Below, one piece after another: positions 33,207 through 42,167 of a stretch of 64,000 bases of DNA. The number at the start of each line of letters is the position of its first letter. The first letter of the stretch is position 1. Made by a program: the position numbers and the translations under genes. The DNA lies in NCBI GenBank assembly GCA_047975765.1, contig JBKEEF010000003.1:3923-67922 (forward strand). The letters run 5' to 3'. The notes below the pieces were generated by a model, which saw only the letters and a program-made list of their open reading frames with translations, was not told the DNA's origin and did no database searches. Source of the DNA: Alphaproteobacteria bacterium. Its GTDB lineage: Bacteria > Pseudomonadota > Alphaproteobacteria > RF32 > CAG-239.

Positions 33207-33660
33207 AAAAAACACCTCCAATAGTACTTTTGTCATCAAATCTAAAATCTTTAAACTTAGCAGAATTTTCAATCTTAACATTTCTAATATATTGATAATA
33301 CAACAACCAATTTATGAAATCTATTCTTAAATCCACCCATAACCTTATCTATATTTTTAAAACCAGTTTTTAAAATCATTACTTTATCCTTAATATTTAT
33401 ATTTTATTATATGCCAACAACAGTGCTTACTACACCAACAAAGTCAACCTAATTATGCCATCATAAATTCATTTGACAGAGCAATATATAGGAATAAAAT
33501 CCTTGATATTTTGTTTGGTTTATTGTATATAAGAAAAGTCACTAGGGAGAAGTGTATCTAAAAGATGCACTTCTTTTTTGTTATAACAATAAAATTAGAG
33601 TCATTGGTTTTGCCAGTGGCTCTTTTTTAGTTTTAAATATTTAAATATGGAGAAAATAAA

Positions 33661-34560
33661 ATGTTAACGTTGAAAAAAGAGATTTCAAGAACGACAGAGG
33701 ACATTGACGGAGATGACGTTCTTAATACAAAAAATGAATTAAGTAATATGGGATATTATAAAGCGGATGAAAAAGTTGGAATGAACAAATTTACTGATGA
33801 AGGTTTATTCAAAGGAATTAGTAGCTTTCAAAAAGACAACAAGCTTAAAGTTGATGAAGTTATGAAACCAGATGGAGAAACAGAAAGAAAAATTAACGAA
33901 CTTACTGCAAAATCAAGTTTTAGAAATGATTTTGAAAACAAAAAAGATAATTCTCACAAAAATCACCTTGAAAAAACATATAAAGCACAAAAAGAAGATG
34001 AGATGATAAAAAATTTAATTCCGGTAATTCATTCAAAAACACATGAAGATGTAAAATTATTTCCATATCTTGATACAAGAAATAATATTACAGTAGGTGG
34101 TGGTAAAAATGTTCAAAGCAGAAAAGAATTTGATAAAATAAAATGGGTAAATAAAGAAGGTGTAGGACATAGCCAAGAAGCTGCATTTAAAGAAAAAGAA
34201 AAACTTGAGAAGCTTATTGTAAAAGATAAAATGAATAATTTGCGTGCTGATCATTTTGAAAAAACTACAAATCTAAGAATGAAAAAAGAAGATTTAGAAA
34301 AAACAACGTACGAACATATAAAAGCTACTGTGCCCATCATAAAGAAAAAATTTCCAGAATTTGATACCTATCCAAAATCTACTCAAGAAGTGCTTATTGA
34401 TATGGAATATAACATGGGAGGTAGATTTAATAAGAGTTGGAAAAAATTCTTCAAAGCAATAGAAGCTAGAGATTTTGAACAAGCAGCAAAAGAATCTGAA
34501 AGAGGAGCTCTTTCTGCGGAAAGAAATAAATGGACTAGAGAAAAACTGTTAAACCATTAA
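33661..34560 (+). CDS. Lys-rich protein with PG_binding_1-like N-terminal domain and phage-lysozyme(GH24)-like C-terminal region
   Basis: LSNMGYYKADEKVG...FQKDNKLKVDEVMKPDGETE resembles a PG-binding domain; later EDEMIKNLIP...LDTRNNITVGGG and LIDMEYNMGGRF...AIEARDFEQAA resemble T4/lambda-type lysozyme blocks. Very AT-rich. Confidence 0.4.
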   Translation: MLTLKKEISRTTEDIDGDDVLNTKNELSNMGYYKADEKVGMNKFTDEGLFKGISSFQKDNKLKVDEVMKPDGETERKINELTAKSSFRNDFENKKDNSHKNHLEKTYKAQKEDEMIKNLIPVIHSKTHEDVKLFPYLDTRNNITVGGGKNVQSRKEFDKIKWVNKEGVGHSQEAAFKEKEKLEKLIVKDKMNNLRADHFEKTTNLRMKKEDLEKTTYEHIKATVPIIKKKFPEFDTYPKSTQEVLIDMEYNMGGRFNKSWKKFFKAIEARDFEQAAKESERGALSAERNKWTREKLLNH

Positions 34561-34567
34561 TTTTTTT

Positions 34568-34594
34568 AGGGGGAATCAAGCCATAACTCCCCCT
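34568..34594. terminator. Bidirectional terminator hairpin (T7-AGGGGGA...TCCCCCT-A6)
   Basis: Perfect 7-bp GC-rich stem flanked by T and A runs, between the lysozyme-like gene and the prophage left end. Confidence 0.6.
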
Positions 34595-34699
34595 AAAAAA
34601 TCTATTTTCCACTTAACAAGCCTTTCAGCTCATCAAATTGTTTCTTAGAAAAATCTGGATTACTGATGCTCTTGTTATTTCTCACTGGATATTCATCTC

Positions 34700-34890
34700 C
34701 CATAATATCTGTTGTGTTTTTAGGTGTGGGGAGGTGATCATTTTTAGACTTTAGAAGTTTTGATTATTTCTTTTAAGAGTGTTTATATTGTTAGGGTTGT
34801 GGAATTTTGGTGGCGATTTTTAAAATCGTCTTTTTTAGACTTTTTTGTATTTAAATGATAGTTTTGTGCGATTATTTTTAGACTCTTTTG
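34700..34890. mobile_element. Putative left end (attL-like) of the Mu-like prophage with three direct transposase-binding-like repeats
   Basis: Core TTTTTAGACT in direct orientation at 34741, 34832 and 34876, immediately 3' of the repressor gene; TGTTGTG at ~34710 is a candidate terminal TG. Confidence 0.45.
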
Positions 34891-34895
34891 AGTAT

Positions 34896-35594
34896 TTATT
34901 GTTTGCTTATGATCATTTTGAGTTTTCCAACAATGTTAAAATCCTCATCAAGAGAGAAACTCCAGCTTTCATATTCTGGGTTTATGGATTTTACCTTCAT
35001 TTCTTTGCCAATTCTTTGAAGTTGCTTAATATAACAATGCTTATCATAGTTAAAAGCATATATCCCATCATCTTCAAACTGGTCAACACTTCTGTCTATG
35101 ATGGCAATGTCGCCATTACTTAGCTTTGGCATCATAGAATCGCCTTTTATATATGCGCCAACGCAATGTGACGATAATTCAAAGGCTTCAACGAGTTCTT
35201 TTGATATGGTTATTGTGAATTGAATGTTTTCTTCATCTGCTAGCCAACCATTTCCGGCCGACAATGAAACGTCGTATATACTTATTTTTTGAGAACCTTT
35301 TCCAACTTTAACATTGTTTTTTATATATTTTTCACCTTTACCATAAACAAGCCAATCAAGATTGATGCCTTTATAATTAAGTAATTTTATTATTACATCT
35401 AATGTAGGGATATATTTTCCATTAAGATAATTTAAAAGAGTATCTTCAGACTTACCAGACACAATGGAAGCCTCTTTCCTATTTGAAAAATCATTATCCA
35501 ACACATCTCTTAGACGAGTTGAAACTTTTTCGTCGTAAGATTCAACTTTTTCTTTTTTTTCCATATCAAAAAACTTCCCTTGTTTTTCAAACAC
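34896..35594 (-). CDS. Phage repressor, HTH + S24 (LexA/cI-like) peptidase domain
   Basis: 232 aa; N-terminal HTH; C-terminal GDSMMP and KQL motifs of the S24 autopeptidase; divergent from ner. Confidence 0.75.
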   Translation of the reverse strand: MFEKQGKFFDMEKKEKVESYDEKVSTRLRDVLDNDFSNRKEASIVSGKSEDTLLNYLNGKYIPTLDVIIKLLNYKGINLDWLVYGKGEKYIKNNVKVGKGSQKISIYDVSLSAGNGWLADEENIQFTITISKELVEAFELSSHCVGAYIKGDSMMPKLSNGDIAIIDRSVDQFEDDGIYAFNYDKHCYIKQLQRIGKEMKVKSINPEYESWSFSLDEDFNIVGKLKMIISKQ

Positions 35595-35640
35595 TTAAAA
35601 CAAAATACGAGAAAAATAAAGATTCAACTAGAATTCTCTG

Positions 35641-35695
35641 TTGACACCCGACATTTCTCGGTGTAATGTTAGTTATAACGAAAGAGAAAACTAAC
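35641..35695 (+). promoter_or_regulatory. Early promoter (TTGACA-17-TAATGT) with inverted repeats (candidate operators)
   Basis: Promoter at 35641-35669 with imperfect IR CACCCGAcatttCTCGGTG in the spacer; second IR GTTAGTT-N14-AACTAAC at 35668-35695. Confidence 0.45.
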
Positions 35696-35755
35696 ACTTA
35701 ATAGTAATAAAAAACCAGCTGTAACTGGCGATTTATTTATAACAGAGGTTTTAAT

Positions 35756-36058
35756 ATGAATAAAAAGGATTTACATCCAGAATATATTAAGTATCTAGTA
35801 AGAAGCCAAGGAATGACCCTTGCGGCTCTTGCTAAAAAATACGGCTTCTCATCCTCTACAATTAAAACAGCTCTTAAAAAGCCAATGTTTTTTGGCGAAC
35901 AAATTATTGCGACGTTCTTGAATATTCATCCCATGAATTTGTGGCCTAGTAGATATGATGAAAAAGGAAACCCTTTACACCCACATGCCTCTGCTAATAA
36001 CCTTAAACCATTTTGCCCAAAAAATCAAGATGTTAAAAAAGGAGGTCAGAATGATTAA
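35756..36058 (+). CDS. ner: Ner-like DNA-binding protein (Mu Ner/Nlp family)
   Basis: DLHPEYIKYLVRSQGMTLAALAKKYGFSSSTIKTALKK...GEQIIATFLNIHPMNLWPSRY matches the Ner family signature. Confidence 0.75.
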   Translation: MNKKDLHPEYIKYLVRSQGMTLAALAKKYGFSSSTIKTALKKPMFFGEQIIATFLNIHPMNLWPSRYDEKGNPLHPHASANNLKPFCPKNQDVKKGGQND

Positions 36059-38141
36059 AAGATTTTATTCAATTCAAGAACTTCTAGAGCTTGGAATACC
36101 TAAGTTTCCAAAAACTCATTTTGGTATAATAAAAAAAGCAGAAAGAGAAAAATGGGTATTTCAAGAACGCAATAAATTGGGTGGCGGCCGAGAATATTCG
36201 TTAGATTCGCTTCCCGTTGAAGCTAAAGAATTTATTTTGAAAACTGAAATGGGAAACTCTCAAGAAGTTATAGAATATCAAAAGCAAGAATTGGCTAATC
36301 ACAGCAACGTTATTGATGTTAATGAACTCAAGCCTTATCAAAGAGAAGTTATTGATGCTAGAGCTATTATTTTAGCTGAAATTGATAGGTTGGCTCTTAT
36401 TTATGGTACGAACAAAGCTATTCAAAAATTTGTTGAACTTGTTTTTCAAGGTGATGTTCCTGAAGAAATAAAAAAAGCACTGGTCAAGGCTAATGCTAAA
36501 TCTGGCGGAAAACCTGTTAAAATTTCACGAGCAACAATTTTTAATTGGAAAAAAGCAATTAAAGAATCAGGAAGCATTGCGGGTCTTGCTCAAAAAGAAA
36601 TTAGAGAAGCAGACTGGCCAGCATGGGGTGATGCTTTGCTTAAATTGTGGCAAGTACCGGGCAAACCAAGCTTATCAACTGTCTTGGAAAATCTCGTTAA
36701 AATACTTCCTGTTTATATTGCTATTCCTAGTTACTCTGCAGCTCAAAGGTTTTTGAAAAAATTGCCGGCACAAGTCTTTAATAAAGGTCGTGTGGGTACT
36801 CGTGAGATGAAAAAATACAAGGCCTATGTTGCAAGAAGCACTGCAAATCTTTGGCCGACGGCAGTTTATACTGCGGATGGTCACACCTTTGATGCTGAGA
36901 TAGAAAACCCATTAACTGGAAAGCTTTTTAGACCAGAAATTACAACGGTTGTTGACGTATATACACGCAAGGTTGTTGGTTGGTCTCTTGATTTGAGTGA
37001 AAGAACAAATTCTGTATATATGGCTCTTACAAAATCAATCATTACTCATGGTATTCCTTGTATTTGGTATGTTGATAACGGAAAGGGTTTTAATAACCGT
37101 TATTTTGATGATGAGATGGTTGGCTTGTTGGCTCGTCTTAAAATTGAGAAAAAGAATTCAATCGCATATAACTCTCAAGCTCGTGGTATTGCTGAACGTA
37201 TCCACCAAACAATTTGGGTCAAAGCAGCAAAAAATTTAGCAACCTATATGGGGGCTGATATGGACACTCAAGCTAAGCAGGCTGTTTATAAAAAAACCAG
37301 AAAAGATATTAGCGAAAAAGGTCGTTCAGACTTGGTTATGAGTTGGGATAATTTTAAGGAATATTGTACAAAATGTGTTGAGATTTATAATAACACACCT
37401 CATAGATCACTGCCAGTGATTGTTGATCAGACTACCTATAAAAAACGTAATATGACACCTTCAGAGTTTTGGAACAAATCTGTTATGGATGGTTTTGAAG
37501 CTGAAAAATTGTCTCCTGCAGAAATCAAAGATCTGTATAGATACTATGAAGTTCGCAGAACAAATCGTGGGTTGGTTCAACTCTTTACAAATAGCTATTT
37601 TTCACTTGCTTTAGAACCTTATCATGGACGTGATGTTGCTGTTGCTTATGATATTCATGATGCTTCTAAAGTTTGGGTTCGTGAGCTTATGGAACTTGAT
37701 GGAGAGATGAAAGCAGGTAGACTTATTTGTGAAGCCATCTTTGAAGGCAACTCAAGAGAATATTTCCCAATTAGTAAGATTGAGTTTGAAAATCAAAAAC
37801 GTGCTGAGGGTCGTGTCAGAAGGCTTAAAGGTCACATGGAAGACGCACTAGATGAAACAAGAGCTAGATTCCTTGATCATCAAATTGATATTGAAGAAAT
37901 TACGACACCTAAAGAAGTTGAAAAACAAGAAAAACCACTTCTTGCAGAAAGCGACGAAAGACCGTTTTTTGCTGATGATGTGTCATGGGCTAAATGGCTT
38001 TTATCACATCCCGATAAAATTACAGATGGAGATGTTGAAAGCTTGATAGCTGCTTTGAAAAGCCCAGAAATGACAATGCTTTTTGAGGCAGAAGACATAA
38101 GCCTTTCTAATTTGAAAGAGCTTATAAAAAAAGCGGTCTAG
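36051..38141 (+). CDS. Mu A-like DDE transposase (start taken at MIKRFYSIQ, overlapping the ner stop)
   Basis: 696 aa; N-terminal winged-helix end-binding region (FYSIQELLELGIPKFPKTHFGIIKKAEREKW) and rve-like core (TADGHTFD...VGW); position after ner. Confidence 0.8.
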   Translation: MIKRFYSIQELLELGIPKFPKTHFGIIKKAEREKWVFQERNKLGGGREYSLDSLPVEAKEFILKTEMGNSQEVIEYQKQELANHSNVIDVNELKPYQREVIDARAIILAEIDRLALIYGTNKAIQKFVELVFQGDVPEEIKKALVKANAKSGGKPVKISRATIFNWKKAIKESGSIAGLAQKEIREADWPAWGDALLKLWQVPGKPSLSTVLENLVKILPVYIAIPSYSAAQRFLKKLPAQVFNKGRVGTREMKKYKAYVARSTANLWPTAVYTADGHTFDAEIENPLTGKLFRPEITTVVDVYTRKVVGWSLDLSERTNSVYMALTKSIITHGIPCIWYVDNGKGFNNRYFDDEMVGLLARLKIEKKNSIAYNSQARGIAERIHQTIWVKAAKNLATYMGADMDTQAKQAVYKKTRKDISEKGRSDLVMSWDNFKEYCTKCVEIYNNTPHRSLPVIVDQTTYKKRNMTPSEFWNKSVMDGFEAEKLSPAEIKDLYRYYEVRRTNRGLVQLFTNSYFSLALEPYHGRDVAVAYDIHDASKVWVRELMELDGEMKAGRLICEAIFEGNSREYFPISKIEFENQKRAEGRVRRLKGHMEDALDETRARFLDHQIDIEEITTPKEVEKQEKPLLAESDERPFFADDVSWAKWLLSHPDKITDGDVESLIAALKSPEMTMLFEAEDISLSNLKELIKKAV

Positions 38142-38160
38142 TTACTGCAATAACTAGACC
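38135..38160 (+). promoter_or_regulatory. Perfect 10-bp inverted repeat spanning the transposase stop codon
   Basis: GGTCTAGTTA-ctgcaa-TAACTAGACC between the A and B genes. Confidence 0.4.
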
Positions 38161-38200
38161 AGAGTATTAAAAAACAACTCATATAACTAGGAGTATATAT

Positions 38201-38959
38201 ATGAAAAACGAATTTGTAAAGACAGAAAATGTCAAAACCTTTTTAGAAGCTCTTACAAAGCTCTCTCTGAGAGGTGCTGGTGAAGCTTGTTTGATGGTTG
38301 TTGATGGACAACCAGGGTTAGGAAAAACTTGTGCCTTGAACTGGTGGGCAATCAGAAACGAATGTATTTATGTTAGAGCTAAAAAGGAATGGACACCAAA
38401 TTGGTTGATGAGAGATTTGTTAAATGCTCTTGGTGCAATTCCTGCGAACTCTTTTGAAAAAATGTTTCAGCAAACTCTACAACTTTTGGCTCAAAGATCC
38501 AGTGATGCTACGAGGGATGGAAAAGTTTTTGCTGTTATTATTGATGAGGTTGATTATATCTCTCGATCTTCAAAGATTTTGGAATCTTTAAGAGATCTGT
38601 CAGATTTCTTAGAAATTCCGTTTGTTTTTGTGGGTATGGGGGTTATTCGTCATAACCTTTCAAAATTTCCTCAGATTGCTAGTCGTATTGGTCAATATGT
38701 TGAATTTAAGCCATTGAGCTTAGAGGATACAAAAAACTTGATGAACACACTTTGCGATAAAAAGGTTGAAGAAAAGCTCATTGCCTTCACTCATAAAGTT
38801 ACTGCTGGTTATGTTAGAGAAATTAAAGAGGCTATTGCTTCAATTGATAGATTTTCAGCTCGTAATAGAAATATTGACACCGTTACTTTTGCTCAAATGG
38901 AAGGTCAAGTTTTGATGAACGACCGTAAGAATTCTAAACCTATCTTAGTTAGAGGGTAA
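38201..38959 (+). CDS. Mu B-like transposition ATPase (AAA+)
   Basis: 252 aa; Walker A GQPGLGKT, Walker B IIDEVD; directly after the transposase. Confidence 0.75.
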   Translation: MKNEFVKTENVKTFLEALTKLSLRGAGEACLMVVDGQPGLGKTCALNWWAIRNECIYVRAKKEWTPNWLMRDLLNALGAIPANSFEKMFQQTLQLLAQRSSDATRDGKVFAVIIDEVDYISRSSKILESLRDLSDFLEIPFVFVGMGVIRHNLSKFPQIASRIGQYVEFKPLSLEDTKNLMNTLCDKKVEEKLIAFTHKVTAGYVREIKEAIASIDRFSARNRNIDTVTFAQMEGQVLMNDRKNSKPILVRG

Positions 38960-38963
38960 ATAG

Positions 38964-39560
38964 ATGAATAATACGGCAAAGAATATTAATAAAGTTTTTG
39001 CTTTGGTTAGCGAACACCCTATCACACTTGATGAGTTGGATAGCAAAACTACTTTATCTCGTCATTGCATAATTATTGCGATGTCAAAACTTTGTAGCTC
39101 TGGATTTGCTGTGAGACTTGAAAACGGCATTTATAAACTATCAAAAAAAGGGAAAAGTCTAAAAACTAGCGAAGAAAAGAATAAAGCACTCTACTTCAAA
39201 ACGGGTTGCCCAGCAGGAACAAAAATCATTAATCGCGCTCGTGATAAAAATGGATTTAGGGATAGAATTTGGAAAATTGTTCGGTTGCAAAGAAAATTCA
39301 CAGTTAATGATGTCGTTGCAATGGTTTCTGAAGGAAATGAAAAAGACCCAAGAAGTAATGTTTATAAATATTTACAAGCTTTAATAAAAATTGGTTATGT
39401 TTTTGAATTGCCATGCAAGGCTAAAAATGACAGCAAGCTTACTTCAAATGGATTTAAAGTATTTTCCCTTGTTAAAGATACAGGACATATTGCCCCTATT
39501 CTAAAGCTTCGCCGAAAAGAAATGTATGATCCTAACACAGGGGAGACTCTGTCATGGTAA
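38964..39560 (+). CDS. Hypothetical early protein with two winged-helix-like segments
   Basis: 198 aa; position in the Mu semi-essential early region. Confidence 0.35.
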   Translation: MNNTAKNINKVFALVSEHPITLDELDSKTTLSRHCIIIAMSKLCSSGFAVRLENGIYKLSKKGKSLKTSEEKNKALYFKTGCPAGTKIINRARDKNGFRDRIWKIVRLQRKFTVNDVVAMVSEGNEKDPRSNVYKYLQALIKIGYVFELPCKAKNDSKLTSNGFKVFSLVKDTGHIAPILKLRRKEMYDPNTGETLSW

Positions 39561-39901
39561 GTCGTGCTTATAAGATTGCAAAAGATTTTGCAGATAAAAA
39601 CACTATCGGTGTATTAGCCAAAAAACTCGGATATGCAAGAAGCTCCACAAACTTATACCTCTTAGGGCAATATAACGGCAATATTAAATACATTGAAAAC
39701 AAAATATTGACTGTTTTCATCAATAGAATTCATTGCCCATACAGAGATAAGGTTATTTCAAAAGAAGATTGCGAAGATACTTGTAAAAGCACAAACACGA
39801 GTAGCCCTGCTCTATTTAAGATGCAGCAATTTTGCAAAACTTGTCCTTTTCAAAACACCACAAAAGAAGAATTTAAAAAACAATTTACAGGAGAAAACTA
39901 A
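39554..39901 (+). CDS. Hypothetical early protein, HTH-like N-terminus + Cys-rich zinc-ribbon-like C-terminus
   Basis: 115 aa; GVLAKKLGYARSSTNLYL HTH-like segment; C...CEDTC...CKTC cysteine cluster. Confidence 0.35.
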   Translation: MVSRAYKIAKDFADKNTIGVLAKKLGYARSSTNLYLLGQYNGNIKYIENKILTVFINRIHCPYRDKVISKEDCEDTCKSTNTSSPALFKMQQFCKTCPFQNTTKEEFKKQFTGEN

Positions 39902-40110
39902 TGCTTAGTCCAGAATTAGATAGCATTCTTTATGCTATTTCAAAAACCAAAGATATTAACGAACCAAAATTCAGAGAAAGCCTCGTTGCGAGCTTGAGAA
40001 GTGCTAGAGACACCGCAAGAGTGTTGGAGGAAAAAATCATTATTCAAACATCACAGGAGAGTGAAAATGTTCAAGTTTTTAATACTACTTCTGCGAATGC
40101 AGCAGCCTAA
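39901..40110 (+). CDS. Hypothetical small early protein
   Basis: 69 aa, start overlaps the previous stop (TAATG). Confidence 0.3.
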   Translation: MLSPELDSILYAISKTKDINEPKFRESLVASLRSARDTARVLEEKIIIQTSQESENVQVFNTTSANAAA

Positions 40111-40173
40111 ACCCGGAGTGATAATTTTATATCACTCTATGAAAAACGTAACCCCAAAGAAAAGGAAAAGAAG

Positions 40174-40794
40174 ATGGAAAAAGAAATTGATGGAAAAATT
40201 TATTTAGAAGATGGTAAGGGAAATTTGACCCCTAAGTCTCAAGTTAAACCAATTGATTTGTTGAGAGATGATGTTGTCTCAGGATTGATTGAAAAAGCAA
40301 AAGAAACTTCTGCTCGTATTAAGGAATTTAAAAAACATGCTTTTGAAGAAATTTCAAAATTTATAGAAATTTCGGCAGAACAATACCAAGTTAAGCTTGG
40401 CGGAAAGAAAGGCAATGTAACTCTCTTTTCTTATGATGGACGTTTCAAAATTGAAAGAAGATGTGCTGAAAAAATAAATTTCGGAGAGCAACTTCATGCT
40501 GCAAAAGCTTTGATTGATGAATGTTTGAGAGAGTGGTCAGCTGGGGCAAATGATAAGCTTATCACTATTGTTAATCAAGCTTTTCAAGTTGATGAAAAAG
40601 GCAATATTTCAACTGCAGAAATTTTAGGGCTTAGAAAACATAATTTTACAGAACCAAAATGGCAAGAAGCAATGAAGGCAATTAGTGATGCAATCACAAT
40701 CGTTTCAAGCAAGGACTATGTCAGACTTTACGAAAGAGTTGGGGAAACTGATTTTTATAGCCCGATTTCATTGGATGTTGCTGCAGATTTTTAG
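40174..40794 (+). CDS. Mu-like prophage early protein (DUF3164-like)
   Basis: 206 aa; size and position match the conserved DUF3164 family of Mu-like prophages; assignment by resemblance only. Confidence 0.35.
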   Translation: MEKEIDGKIYLEDGKGNLTPKSQVKPIDLLRDDVVSGLIEKAKETSARIKEFKKHAFEEISKFIEISAEQYQVKLGGKKGNVTLFSYDGRFKIERRCAEKINFGEQLHAAKALIDECLREWSAGANDKLITIVNQAFQVDEKGNISTAEILGLRKHNFTEPKWQEAMKAISDAITIVSSKDYVRLYERVGETDFYSPISLDVAADF

Positions 40795-40805
40795 GGAGAA
40801 AGAAA

Positions 40806-41015
40806 GTGCTTAGACTGAAACTTGAAATTAATAAAATTTATGCAGGAGATGCTCAACTCAGAGTTACTGTTGAAGGTAAAGAGGTTAAGCTTTGTGAACT
40901 TCAGCAATATGAAAATCATCTCTCTGAAGAGGTTTATAATCATCTCTTCAACTTTGTAACTTGTCATCCAGATATGCATTCGCTTGAATTGAAGCAAGCA
41001 ATTGCTAGGCACTAA
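40806..41015 (+). CDS. Hypothetical small protein (GTG start, RBS AGGGAGAAAG)
   Basis: 69 aa ORF with a good RBS. Confidence 0.3.
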   Translation: MLRLKLEINKIYAGDAQLRVTVEGKEVKLCELQQYENHLSEEVYNHLFNFVTCHPDMHSLELKQAIARH

Positions 41016-41173
41016 TTTTGAAAAGTTAAACTATGGTTCAACAAAGGAAAGGTAGGACACAATGAAGAAATATTAAAAAGAAAGGCTAGCAAGACGAAAC
41101 AACGGTGGATTTATCCGTTGTCCGGGAGAGATTAACCACTTCCCGCTGATGAGTTAGGTTAAAGGAATTAGAA

Positions 41174-41569
41174 ATGGTAAACAGCTTAATCGCAAAAATT
41201 CATATCGCAAAAAATGAACTTGGTCTTGACGATGAAACTTATCGTTCATTGATTTTTCAGGCTACTGGAAAAAAGAGCTGCACTGAGTGTAATCAAAAAC
41301 AACTTGGTAAAATTTTGGAGCTTATGAAAAGTAAGGGCTGGAAACCATCTAAGCCTAAAAAAGCCTTTAGAAACTCCTCATCAGCATTAATTAGAAAAAT
41401 CTATGGTTTATGGTCAGAACTTCATTCTGTTGGCAAGATTTCATCGGCTGATAAAACTTCTCTTGATAAGTTTGTTAGTAAACACACCGAAGTTGATAGT
41501 GCTCAATGGTTAGATAATTCTCAAGCTGTAAAAATCATAGAAATGCTTAAACAGTGGCTTGCGAGGTAA
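41174..41569 (+). CDS. GemA-like protein (Mu gp16, DUF1018)
   Basis: LIAKIHIAKNELGLDDETYRSLIFQATGKKS...ELMKSKGWK resembles the GemA N-terminus; lies directly before mor. Confidence 0.6.
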   Translation: MVNSLIAKIHIAKNELGLDDETYRSLIFQATGKKSCTECNQKQLGKILELMKSKGWKPSKPKKAFRNSSSALIRKIYGLWSELHSVGKISSADKTSLDKFVSKHTEVDSAQWLDNSQAVKIIEMLKQWLAR

Positions 41570-41964
41570 TGATGAATAGTGAAATTAAAAGATATTTTAT
41601 AGATGAAGTTTCTGACTTAACATCAGTTAATTTCGCTCAAAAATTAGTTGATAATTTCAAAGGGCAAAGAATTTATATACCAACCAAAACCCCTCATGAA
41701 AAACATTTTTTATCTAAAGTTTTTAATGAGCAAGAAATTGATGTTTTGATTGAGAATTTCGGGGGTAACCATATTGATGTTCCGATGAGATTGGTTAATG
41801 AAGCTCCTTTTCGCAAAGCTAAGATTTTAGAACTTAAGTCAAAAAACTATGGTGTTCAAGAAATCGCTGGTGAAGTTAATTGCACATGGAGATGGGTTCA
41901 AAAGATTTTGAGCAACCATAAAAAAAAGCAAGAAATTAATAAAGATCAAGGGTCTTTGTTTTAA
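41569..41964 (+). CDS. mor: Mor/C-family middle-operon transcriptional activator
   Basis: ~131 aa; C-terminal HTH (NYGVQEIAGEVNCTWRWVQKIL); TAATGATG overlap with gemA. Confidence 0.6.
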   Translation: MMNSEIKRYFIDEVSDLTSVNFAQKLVDNFKGQRIYIPTKTPHEKHFLSKVFNEQEIDVLIENFGGNHIDVPMRLVNEAPFRKAKILELKSKNYGVQEIAGEVNCTWRWVQKILSNHKKKQEINKDQGSLF

Positions 41965-42167
41965 CAACTGGAGGCTGAAGATGAATAGTCAATGGGATTT
42001 TTTTAAGCAACTTCGAAGAGAAAAGGTTTTGAGCATGGCTGAGCAAATTAATGCTGAGCTTGCTTCTAAAGCACAAGAAAAGCTTCAAATTGAAATTCTT
42101 GCTCAAAAAGAAGCAAATGAGGGTCGTGTTGCCGCTCATTTTCGCAGCCAAGATTAAGGAAAAAAGA

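Noticed and set aside
34845-35123. 92-aa + strand ORF overlapping the repressor gene and att repeats
   Set aside because: It lies antisense within the repressor coding region and across the repeat-containing end. The repressor ORF has the recognisable HTH and S24 domains.
35955-36050. Longer transposase ORF starting at 35955
   Set aside because: It would overlap ner in a different frame by ~100 nt. ATG at 36051 has an AGGAGG RBS and overlaps the ner stop in the classic coupled arrangement.
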